From assembly GCA_951406725.2 (NCBI GenBank), contig OX597820.1:3782001-3846000 (forward strand): a stretch of 64,000 nt of DNA. The letters are read 5' to 3'. Origin of the DNA: Octopus vulgaris. Taxonomy: Eukaryota. The position numbers and the translations under genes are program-made. The notes beneath the pieces are model-generated. The model did not search any database. It was given only the letters and a program-made list of their open reading frames with translations, and was not told the origin of the DNA. This document shows, piece after piece, positions 42,001 through 54,500 of the stretch (positions within the stretch are counted from its first letter, which is position 1; the number at the start of each line of letters is the position of its first letter).

Positions 42001-45000
42001 TGTCCATTCAGTATCACAGTATAATTACTATATCAGCACAGACACGACTATCAACACAGTCTACACATACTCTCGACCTTCTGACCTTCTGCTGTGAACT
42101 GGCTACTGGTTTATTTATAATGGCTGGTTACTACCAATTTTTACTGGGAAGGGTATACACTATACAATAAATTATGTAACTCTTTAGTTATAGAATGACA
42201 TTGTAGGGTAGGTGGGAAACATTGGATCCAGCTGGTTTGAACCTAAAACTGGTAGAAAATCTTGGCCAGTCTAAACAGGAAAGGGTTAAGGAGAGATTCC
42301 AAGGCTTTTTTAATATCTCAGTAGATGCTGCTGGGTATCTTGCCATAGTGCAGTGCACAGTCTGTCCCTGTAACAATGTGTGACAAAGATTATGCTGTAA
42401 ATAATCGACAGCAAAGTAATTACGATGAAGAAGAACCACTTTGTCAATATATTTTACATCCAGCATAAGAGACACCATGTTGCTATTGAACCAGTTGTAA
42501 TTATATTCAGGTCAATTCTTGCTGCTTCCATAATACAAATCAATGTTAGCCCAAGTTTTCTCTGAACTTCTTGAACAAATGCCTCTAATCAGAGACAGTT
42601 ACTGATAAGAACTGTCTCGAGACCATGTTTATAAGCCCAGATGTATATCTTATGTAGAATACAGGGGTTGCAAGCACTGTCAACTGACCCCAGTGTATTT
42701 ACTCCTATTTGTCTACGATGAGAAATTTTATCTGTGACAAAATACGGTGGATGGCTATGTTGTGGATGGTTCAGATATGTCTCAAGCATATCTTGAACTG
42801 GTAACAAGTTTCTATCTTCTGTAAAGTATTTGAAAATTAGCAAGAAACAATAGCAAGACCATGGTTTTGGGTGGGTGGGATTCTTTGATGATTGACCACA
42901 AAATCAATACTATCGATTGCCCTGCATCAGGATCTCAGCAGTTTAGGATCTTACGAGGAATATTACAACCATATCAGGACAATTCCCCCCAACAACAACT
43001 ACCCACTAGGACAATTACCCACTCTTTGTTAATTACCCCCTCTTCAATATATCAAGAAGTTTTAAATCATCATCTGTTGTCCTCAGGGGTAATTGTCCTC
43101 GGTGGGTTATTGTCCATTCGGGGTAAATGTCCTAGACTCATTCCAGCATGCCAGAGGTTTGAGATATTGTTCACATCTTCCCAACTGACTCAGTAGCCAC
43201 AGCCATTGAGCACAGTCATTTCTGTGTGTGTTTGTGATGTTACTCTCCTCTGAATTTCATATTCATGCTAAGTATTTTCATTTCCAGACAATCCATGGCA
43301 ATTTATGTGCACAGAACATATACCTTGATGAGATATTACGTGCCAAAATTGGAGGTTTTGGTTTCACAAAACCAGCCGTAATGAAGGTATGTATATATTA
43401 TTTGCTGTAATGTTCCCTATAATTAACAACTAATAATATACTGGTATATCTTTTTTTCTGCCTCTGATGATATTCTGCTTTATGAAATGATTTAATTAAT
43501 AAAATTATAATTTTTAAAGTATGAATCGTAACAGCTGTTAGATATTATGTTTATTTTTTCAGTGAATAAATATACTTATTAATTGATGTTTCTCCATTTT
43601 CTTATTTTCTTAAATCAGTATAAACCTTGGTTTATCTATTAGGTTGTCAAGAAAGTTCTTGCCGATCTTAACCTTTAAATTCAGATGCACGTATCTCGGC
43701 TCAAACAAAACTTTATTAAACGAAATAAACACCATCAGAATCAACACACTTTTTGCCAACGTGAAACAAGTCTATTTATGCCAGTAGCGTAAAAATCCTG
43801 CGTTCTGGTGGTGATGAAGTCATTGAAGGCGTGTTTGGCATCATCTTGGTTTTTGAAGCATTTCTCAGGCAGGAAGTTGTAGTCGGTAGGCGAGAGGTCT
43901 GGTGAGTTTGGCAGATGAGGCAGAGTTTCGGAGCCCAATTCGTTGAACTTCTGCAGGGTCAGTTGTGCGGCTGAGCGTTGTCGTAGAGAAGAACTGGTTC
44001 TTTTCTATTGACCAATGCTGGCTATTATTGTCTGGGTTTCTTATGCATTTCATCCATTTGCTGACAGTACTTCACCGTAAAGGTTTCACCTGGATCCAAA
44101 AAGTCACCATGACCTTGTTTTGGTGCAACTTTGGCTTCGAGAAGTGCTGTAGAGTTCCGTTGGCATCCAACCGCTGAGCGTTGCTGGTTGTTGTAAAGAA
44201 TTCAGTTTTCATCACAAGTCACAATCTGGTTGAGAAACAGGTCATTCTTGTTGCAAAAAAGGGAAGACGACACTTCAAAATGGCGTCTTTTTGGTTGTCA
44301 TTCAATTTGTGCAGCACCCATTTCTCAAGTATTTTTGTTTTTCCAATCTCTTTCAAGTGGTTGGAAATTGTTGTATACGTTATGTCTAATTCAGAAGCAA
44401 GCTCTCAAACAGTTGTGCGTGCACTGGCTTCAACTAAGGCTCTTAGTTGATCGTTGTCGACATCCGATGGCCGACCACTACGCTTATAATCTTTAAGACT
44501 CGTCATCGTTATGAAATTTCTTGAACCACCATTGTGCTGTATGTTCATTAGTGGTTCCTGGGCCAAATGCATCGTTGATATTGTGAGCTGTTTCAGCAGC
44601 TTTTCGGCCTAGCTTGAACTGGAATAAGAAAATTGTGCGAATTTGCTTTTTGTCCACGTTGTATTCAACGTTCCGGAAAAAATGGCCTAATTATTCAAAA
44701 AGAAAAAGAGTAACACGATTAGATAGAGCAAAAAATGGGCTTTAAAATTATATATAAAGTCAAAGTAATTTAACGAAAATTCATTTGAAAATACATAATT
44801 TAAAACCAAAATTAAAAATTCCGCAAGAACTTTCTTGACAACTTAATAATTACCTATTATTCATGAGTATTATAATTAATATTCACAACAAATACTAGGT
44901 AATGGACAAGTATTTAGGCAGAATGGTATTGGAATCTTATATGTATACCATTCTGCCTAAATAATGGATATATAAATGCAATATCCCTGCATATCTCACA

Positions 45001-45408
45001 TCTATTTTCATTCCTCCACTTCACTCTCTATTTCATATCTTATTTAAATTAACTATTGCTTAACCATTGTCTCACACCCTCTCCGATGAAGGGATATATA
45101 AAATATCCCGGAGACAGCTATAAGACCTTCTCTTTATAAATGTTCTAAATTCTTAACAGCCTTGGTTTTTTTATCTCATTCTGAAAAAAATTTTATATAT
45201 ATATATATACATCATATATATATACATCATCATCATCATCATCATCATCGTTTAACGTCTGCTTTCCATGCTAGCATGGGTTGGACGATTTGATTGAGGG
45301 CTGGCGAACTAGATGGCTGCACCAGGCTCCAGTCTGATCTGGCAGTGTTTCTACAGCTGGATGTCCTTCCTAATGCCAACTACTCCGAGAGTGTAGTGGG
45401 TGCTTTTA

Positions 45409-45464
<56 letters not shown>

Positions 45465-48400
45465 TGCTCTCTGAGTATATAGTGAATTCAAAATTTAAAC
45501 TTTTGAAAACATCGAGATAAGTAAGGAAATTTTTCCAATCATTTGATAATAATAATGTGTTTGTGTGTGTCTGTGTGTCCAAAAGAAAATAAACCATTGG
45601 TTTTGATATTTGAAATGAAAAATCCATAAATCATGAAATGAAAATATAAGAAAAATATGAGGAACATGGATTGTGGTTAGGAATTTATATTAATGGAAAC
45701 TCCAGTTGGGAGAAACAGTTACGTGTTCCCTTACAAAATTATAATAGCATGTGTTTTATAGTATATATATCACCGTGACCGACTAGGCTATCAGATGATG
45801 TTACATATTGCTGGTCACAATGCACTTCACATTGTTTTAGCCTTCAAATGACGCCACCCCGCTGGCTAAGCGAGCAGGCCAACAGAAGAAAGAGTGAGAG
45901 AAAGTTGTGGCGAAAGAGTACAGCAGGGATCGCCACCACCCCCTGCTGGAGCCTCGTGGAGCTTTAGGTGTTTTCGCTCAATAAAAACTCACAACGCCCG
46001 GTCTGGGAATCGAAACCGCGATCCTACGACCGCGAGTCCGCTGCCCTAACCACTGGGCCATTGCGCCTCCACATTATAGTATATATACTGATATATATAT
46101 ATATATACTTATTTGTCATTTGAATGAGTGAATTGTATAGACTTAGTTTCTTGGTTTCTCATGATTGTAATAGAAATTGAGTAATTAATTAACTCTCTTT
46201 ACTCTTTACTCTTTTACTTGTTTCAGTCATTTTGACTGCGGCCATGCTGGAGCACCGCCTTTAGGGACTTATTCTTTGTAAGCCCAGTACTTATTCTATC
46301 GGTCTCTTTTTGCCGAACCGCTAAGTGACGGGGACGTAAACACACCAGCATCGGTTGTCAAGCAATGCTAGGGTTACAAACACAGACACACAAACATATA
46401 CACACACACTTATATATATATACATACATATATACGACAGGCTTCTTTCAGTTTCCGTCTACCAAATCCACTCACAAGGCTTTGGTCGGCCCGGGACTAT
46501 AGCAGAAGACACTTGCCCAAGATGCCACGCAGTGGGACTGAACCCGGAACCATGTGGTTGGTTAGCAAGCTACTTACCACACAGCCACTCCTGCGCCTCA
46601 AAAAAATCTGGTCTCAATTTCCTTCTGTTTGGTGAACTGTGACGATGCAGAATGAAAAATGTTCTGCCAAGGAATCACTGGCAGCAGGTTTGAACCGATA
46701 ATCAGGTGACTTGTTACCTCATATAGACTGTCATTTTGAGCCATCGTCGTCTGCTGCTGCCACCCCCACCACCATTTAATGTCCTTTTACCATTCTGGCA
46801 TGTATTGGATGGTTTTTATAGAATCCAGTGAAGCACAGGACTGGATTGAGTTCCAGTGTCAGCCATGACATGGTTTCTGTGGTTGAATGCCCTTCCTAAT
46901 GCCAACCTCTTTACAATGTGTGAGTGTGTGGCTTTTTTGGGGGACAACCAGCACTACTGGGGTTGCTAAGTAAGTTGCAAGGCAGAAAAGGAAGAAGAAG
47001 AGTGGTTATGTGGGGTGGGAGGAGTATTTGAGAGTGGGGAGGTAGCTTTATGCCAGGTGTTGAGAGGTGTGGCAGAGGAGCAGGCACAGGGGTCTGGCCA
47101 GGGAGAAGATACATGGCTGCCCCACATTATACAAACTGGCACTTCATTGGTTACGACAATGAGTGCACCAGTGGGACAGCCTGCTCGTGAAATTAATGTG
47201 CAAGTGGCTGAGTACTCCACAGATATGTTGTATACCCTTATGTAGTTCTCAAGGAGTTTCAGCATGACACAGAATGTGACACAAAGCTGGCCCCCTTTCA
47301 ATTACTGGTACAACTCATTTTTGCCAGCCGAGTGGACTGTGGCAATAGCAATTTAAAGTGTCTAGCTCAATGACACAATATTCTTCCAGGAATTGAACTC
47401 ATGACCTCACAGTCATGGGCCAAATACACTAACCATTAAGCCTTCACCCTGCATTACACCCTTAGGGTGGGAGTACTCGGGAAGAAGATATGAAGGTGGT
47501 GATGGGGTACCAGAGCAAAAACCTTGAGGAACAAGTTGGTGAATATCAGAGAGGGTACAAACGGTGGACCCCCACCTTCCTTTTCCTTCTCTTTTCAGGT
47601 TAATGAGATTATCTCCTGTTTATACTGGATTATCAGTTCAGATTAAATATTTTGAAAATTTGCATATTTTTTTAATGCCTAAAAACAAAATGTTGATCTG
47701 GGGGAAATTGATTTTCATTTATTGATTGTTTTGTTTCAGGACGAGTTCAAGTGGCAAGCGATTGAAACACTGAAGACGGGTTGGACAAGTACCATGAGTG
47801 ATTTGTAAGTGTGAACTTGTATAATATGTATATTTCTGAATTCCTTAATTGGTTAAAGTTATTAAAAAAAATGAGTTAGCATATTTCATGTTGCAATGTT
47901 CTAAACCAGTCATGAATCACCTGTGACCTGCAGGAGTCTCTGAATGACATGACTCTCTAAATGACATGACTCTCTGAATGACATGACTCTCTAAATGACA
48001 TGACTCTCTGAATGACATGACTCTCTGAATGACATGACTCTCTGAAGTACATGATTCTCTGAATGACATGACTCTCTGAATGACATGACTCTCTGAGTGA
48101 CATGACTCTCTGAATGACATGACTCTCTGAATGACAGGACTCTCTGAATGACATGACTCTCTAAATGACATGACTCTCTGAATGACATGACTCTCTGAAT
48201 GACAGGACTCTCTGAATGACAGGACTCTCTGAATGACATGACTCTCTGAATGACATGACTCTCTGAATGACATGACTCTCTGAATGACATGACTCTCTGA
48301 ATGACATGACTCTCTGAATGACAGGACTCTCTGAATGACAGGACTCTCTGAATGACAGGACTCTCTGAATGACATGACTCTCTGAATGACATGACTCTCT

Positions 48401-51400
48401 GAGTGACATGACTCTCTGAACATTACTTGATTGTTTTAGCAGTGTGGCCTGCCAAATGTTGAGCCCTGTTTCATGCAGTCAGCTTCTCAAAAAGGTTGCC
48501 CATGATACTGAGTCCCGTTTTTAAGGAGACAATAACTTTGAACCCACTGATTACTGCTTATTACTCTCATTCACTCCAATCATCCCTGAAGGGCTTTGAG
48601 ATCAACAGTGACACCTGGGAAATGCAAGCACAAGACCCACTGTGCCTGGTGAAGCTGCAGCAACAGAAGTGGAGGCGCAATGGCCCAATGGTTAAGGCAG
48701 CGGACTCGCGGTTGGAGGATTGTGGGTTCAATTCCCAGACTGGGCGTTGTATGTGTTTATTGAGCGAAAACACCTAAAGCTCCACGAGGCTCTGGCAGGG
48801 GGTGGTGGCAACCCCTGTTGTATTCTTTCGCTCCAACTTTCTCTCACTCTTTCTTCCTGTTTCTTGTCCCCGACTTCCTACGCAAGCGCTGAGCCTGGAT
48901 GCGCATTCATCCATCCGTCGATGCTCTCGGTGTCAGGGGTTGACCTGCTTTCTCTTCTGCGAGTCTTACGAATAGCAAAGGACCACGTTTCAGACTTCTC
49001 CCATCTTGCGAGCTCTGGGACAAAGACCGTTCACTCAACAGCAACAGCAGCAACAGAGGCACCATTTTTTATGAGCAGAAGAGGATTGCAGGGGCACAAA
49101 AAGAAAACATGGACAATGCAAGCCCAGAGCCAGCTCCTTGCTTTCAGTCCCAACAGACCCCACCAGTTCTTGACCTGTGGCAGAGCCTTCTCAGAAAGCA
49201 ATGGACTGATTGGCCACAGCTGGACACACTGTGACCCTTCGTCTTCTCCCAAATAATGTCCTTTGCCATTGTTGACAACAGACAAACTAATAATAATAAT
49301 AATAATAATAACAATACTCTCACTTCAAGTATTTCAACGGTGACAGGAAATCGTAAACAGTCAACTCCTTAATCATTTCAAGTGTCTTACCATTTCCAGT
49401 GAATATTATTCTGGCTTCTATAGAACTAGATATACAAGAAGCCTAGTCTTCTGTGCCATCTATACCTGAATCAGATCTTGAAGAGACTTATCCTCTTGTG
49501 TCATGAACAGTAATCTATAACTCTTAGCAACTTTAAAAAGAAAAAAGGTACTATAGTGGTTGCCTTGGATCGTAGGGTGACCTGCTGTGCTTGAGGAGAC
49601 CTATTGAGTCAAGTACATCAACATCAAAAAATCAAATGGAAATTGTAGTTGTGATACCTGTGCCGGTGGCACATAAAAAGCACCATCCGAACATGGTCGA
49701 TGCCAGTGCCGCCTTGACTGGCTTCCGTGTCGGTGGCACATAAAAAGCACCCACTACACTCACAGAGTGGTTGGTGTTAGGAAGGGCATCCAGCTGTAGA
49801 AACCTCGCCAGATCAGACTGGAGCCTGGTGCAGCCTTCTGGCTTCCCAGATCCCCAGTCGAACCGTCCAACCCAGGCTAGCATGGAAAACAGACGTTAAA
49901 CGATGATGATGATGAATATTTCATGATAATAATTTACTTGTAAAGAGTTGTCAAAGAATAATACTAACTGTTCCTTTATAATTTCAGATGGTCTTATGGT
50001 GTCTTACTTTGGGAAATAATTACTGTTGGAGGAGTACCTTATGGTGAAATGAGTCGGCAAGAACTGCTCGACCATCTCATGTCTGATAAACGTCTTGAAA
50101 TTCCTAGCCAATGTAACCCAGAATTGTGAGTTAATTTTGTGATTATACAATCTTCAAATACATCTTTATATCATTTAAAAATAAATCATGGAATTGTATA
50201 AACCATTGTGTAAACCTTAGTCTCCAAAATACATCTCAGAATTCAATTGAGCAGTTTGAATTGTGTAAAACTTATATAAAATAGAATATGTAAAAATTGT
50301 TCTTCTTCATCTCTGTGAAGTAACTGGAATTAATTTTTATTGCATTTCATTTTATCATCAAAATCTACTGACTTTTTATTCTTTATGAAAGAATCTTCCG
50401 AATAATCACTGCTGGCTGCAAGAACTTCTCTTGTGACTCTTAAACAAGTCATTCAGTCACTTTTCAAGTCTTTCAACTACACGAAAATGATGCGACATAA
50501 ATATTGAAGGTCTTTCTAAAGTTCACACACAAACGATGGGGTGTTGAAAAAGTACCACAAACCCCTGATCAGAGGCCCAACCTTCCAAGTTCTTTTACAG
50601 AGCTTTGAAAAACCGAAGGACTGCTGCAATAAGTTTGCGAATCTGAGAGGGGAATATTTTGATTAAAATCACGATTAACTGATTCTCCAGTAACTCTTCA
50701 GCACCCCATCATACATCATACATCTAACATTTACATATGACTGGATGGCAAACCACTTGAGGATCCACATTTGAACAAGAAACTAACAAAAATAAAGCTC
50801 ATATTTACTCAACCTCTGATGAATGTACTTGTCTCATTGGCTACTGGACTAAATGTTACTGACCTTAGTAAGGTTCTTAGTTCAAATATACACCAGATGA
50901 TGACCAGCAATTGGAATGTACTGGGTCTGGATCTCAATGTTTTGACAAATGAAAGTTCAGCAAGACACAGCTGCATGGATCTCTTAGTTCGATGTTTGGT
51001 CATGTTGCCACTGGACTTATGGAAAAAGTGTGATGGTGGTAGAGCTGGTTTCTTCGTTTTTCTGACCACTCTACAAAATAAATATTATTCCAGTGGTTTG
51101 CCTGGTTTCTGCAGAGCCAGTCCCATCATATGCTTGCCTTTCAGACTTTTGCTGGTTCGGTGCAGCAAGTGCTATAAACCCAATAGTTAGGATGCAGGAT
51201 TTGTATAGGGTTACTTTCTCTTAGATGAACAGTTAAAGAGCTGAAGGGCCGCATCTACCCACAGGGATGTAAACACACCAACCCTGGTTGTCAAGTGCTG
51301 GGCACACGCACATACACGTATATATACGATGAGCTTCTTTCAGTTTCAATCTACCAAATCTACTCACAAGGCTTTGGTTGGCCCAAGGCTGTTGTAGAAG

Positions 51401-51489
51401 ACACTTGCGCAAGGTGCCATGCATTGAGAATGAACTCAGGACCATGTGGTTGGGAAGCAATCTTCTTACCACACAGTCATGCCTGCATC

Positions 51490-51536
<47 letters not shown>

Positions 51537-54500
51537 CACCAATTGACCGTGGCGTTGCCAGCGCCTGGCATATTAGCTGTAGAAACATTGCCAAATTTAG
51601 ACTGGAGCCTGCCACCATGCTGGAGAACGGAGACGTGATGATGATGATGATGATATATATATATATATATATATTTTTATAAAATTGAGCGGGAAGGTGT
51701 TTGTAAGCCATTTAAGAAACACACAAAAGCCGTTCGATTCACTTCAACATTTAAGTTTAATTTGTCAAAATATTTTCGTCGCTAAAATCCGCGACCTGTT
51801 CACTGACAAAAATCCGTGCTGCATCTCAGTGAATGGGTCCCGGATTTTAGTGAACAGGTCGTGAACAGGTCGCGGATTTTAGCGACGAAAATATTTTGAC
51901 AAATTAAACTTAAATGTTGAAGTGAATCGAACGGCTTTTGTGTGTTTCTTAAATGGCTTATAAACACCTTCCACGCTGCAATTGTTTTCGTTTCAGCACA
52001 CGATCTCAGATCAAATTACTTGCTATGCAAGTACATCTCCGTAATATTTTTATATTAATATTAGGGAAGTTATTTCCAAGTCCACAGGGGAGAGAAGTTC
52101 AATTTAGTGGTACTAAATACTAAAATGAATTACTCACTGTATTATATACAGATATATAGATAGGTTTAAGAGACAGAATCACCCTCAACAACTCAATCAT
52201 CATTGAATGACATTATCCACAATAGGTACATATAGAACTAAATATTAAAATTATCAAAATTAATACCTTCAATTCCTATTTCAAATCATACGAGCATTTC
52301 ATGACAATATATTCCTTGATATTACTGAAAAAGAATGTCTCTAAATACAATACTATATTAAAACGATTATATTGCCAATCTTCAGGTCTCGCATATATGA
52401 ACTTATTTTGCTATTTACATCCTATATAAAGACATGACAGACTAAAATTATATAACTAGAAGTTGTTGGAATAATTTTACTTTAGTAAATAATGAACAGA
52501 AATGTGGGATAAAAGTAGTAAAAAGAAATGTTACCTGTATGGTAATTTTCTCTCCATGAATTAAACATTGATTTATCTCTTTCTTAAATGGCTCTACCTG
52601 CCTGATCTTATTTCTTTATTATTTTATAATTAGCCTTTATTTATTTATAAAATTAATCTACTTTTTGTATCTCTATAAATTCATACTTGGCTTATATAAA
52701 ACTATACTGGTATATTCACTACTTATAAAAAATACTGCTTAGATTATAATTTTATTAATATATAATTAGCATGTTCCTTTACCTCAATACTCCTTTATTA
52801 ATACCAGTATATACCAATTAATCAATATTCACAGATACCATCTGATGAGTTAGTATTTAAGTGTACAATATGTATAAATATTAAACTATTTCTGGATAAT
52901 TCATTTTCCTCCCTCTATTGTGCTAAAAGTTTGGTATATACTCAAAAGTATTCATAAATTTCCATCCTTTTGTTATAATATTCTTCTTAATAATCCTCTG
53001 AATAACCCTAAACTTTAACTCTGTACAATATAGTAACATTGTTTAAAATATTTAACTATAGTCACAGGAGTGGCTGTGTGGTAAGTAACTTGCTTACCAA
53101 CCATATGGTTCTGGGTTCAGTGTCTTCTGCTATAGCCTCGGGCCGACCAATGCCTTGTGAGTGGATTTGGTAGATGGAAACTGAAAGAAGCCTGTCGTAT
53201 ATATGTATATATATATATATGTAAGTGTGTGTATGTTTGTGTGTCTGTGTTTGTCCCCCTAGCATTGCTTGACAACTGATTCTGGTGTGTTTACGTCCCC
53301 GTCACTTAGCGGTTCGGCAAAAGAGACCGATAGAATAAGTACTGGGCTTACAAAGAATAAGTCCCGGGGTCGATTTGCTCGACTAAAGGCGGTGCTCCAG
53401 TCAATTGACTGAAACAAGTAAAAGATTAAAGAGTAAAGTGTATAGTACTACATGATAAGACTTCCCCTGTTTCATTATCAATGGTCTGATGGTGGGTGAC
53501 CCTCTTAATTGTCAGCTAACATCTTGTTTTAAGTTTTCCCTTACCAAACCTCATGATATTGCTTCTAATAAATCTTGATTTTTATGACTATACCAACTAT
53601 GATGTGTGTCTGCTCCCTCAGCCCTACCCCTAACAGATACTGTCCCTCTGTTCTCTCAGCCTTAGATACACAAAGGATTTGATAAACTAGCCTACAAATT
53701 AAAATTGACCCCATAAAAACAACAAAAAAAATCAATGACAGGCAGAGTCTGTAACAATGTATATCTTCTTGAAAACTTAGTAGCTTCTAAAATGGAGTTG
53801 GGACAGCATGTCCTTTGTCTATCTCCTTAACTTCTTGGAGATTTTAGGTATAGTTATACCAATGTGTCCATCTGTTCTAATTTAATTAAATTCTATGTCT
53901 TTGTGCAGCTGAGGATTGCTCTGCATTTGAAATTGATGTAATGATTGGATTGTTCAATTAAATGGAGTTGCATGAAACGATCGTACTACATTACCTCTGG
54001 ATATCCTTCTTGCTTATTTTGATTTTAATCACCTTACTTTGAAATTGTATGGATAATACCGTACTAAATTCTGGTGCCTCAACTTAGGTACCATATTCAT
54101 CTGAATCTAAATTTTTGCTGAACTCATCTACCATACCCAAAGTATATATATATACTGATTTCTTTTCTTCTTTCAGGGAGTCATTGATAAAAAATTGCTG
54201 GAAAGAAAATGAGAGAGAGAGAACACCATCTGACTTGATGCATGAAAAGCTGTTGGAAATGGCGAGTGAAGGGGAGGTCTGTGAAAAAGAAATATCACTC
54301 TAAAATAATTCCTTATCATTTTTGTGGTTTAATGAAATTTTTGCATTTTTATTCATGTCTCATTTTCATTTATTAGAGTTTATATTTATAAAACGAAAGA
54401 AATTTATTTTTCTTGAATTTCATTTTCTATTTTTTAAAAAAGCAACAATTTTGTCTTGCCTCTCACTTATCGCACTCTCATGTAAAAAAGAAGAAAAATG

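Noticed and set aside
43460-43500. CTGATGA...GAAA hammerhead candidates (also 52840 and 58390-58430)
   Set aside because: No convincing stem I/II pairing, or GAAA missing
47917-48423. Repetitive protein [15 protein letters not shown]
   Set aside because: Antisense translation of the 17-bp minisatellite
24104-54276. Kinase region as a pseudogene
   Set aside because: No stops or frameshifts, canonical splice sites and conserved structural motifs; changes concentrate at catalytic residues
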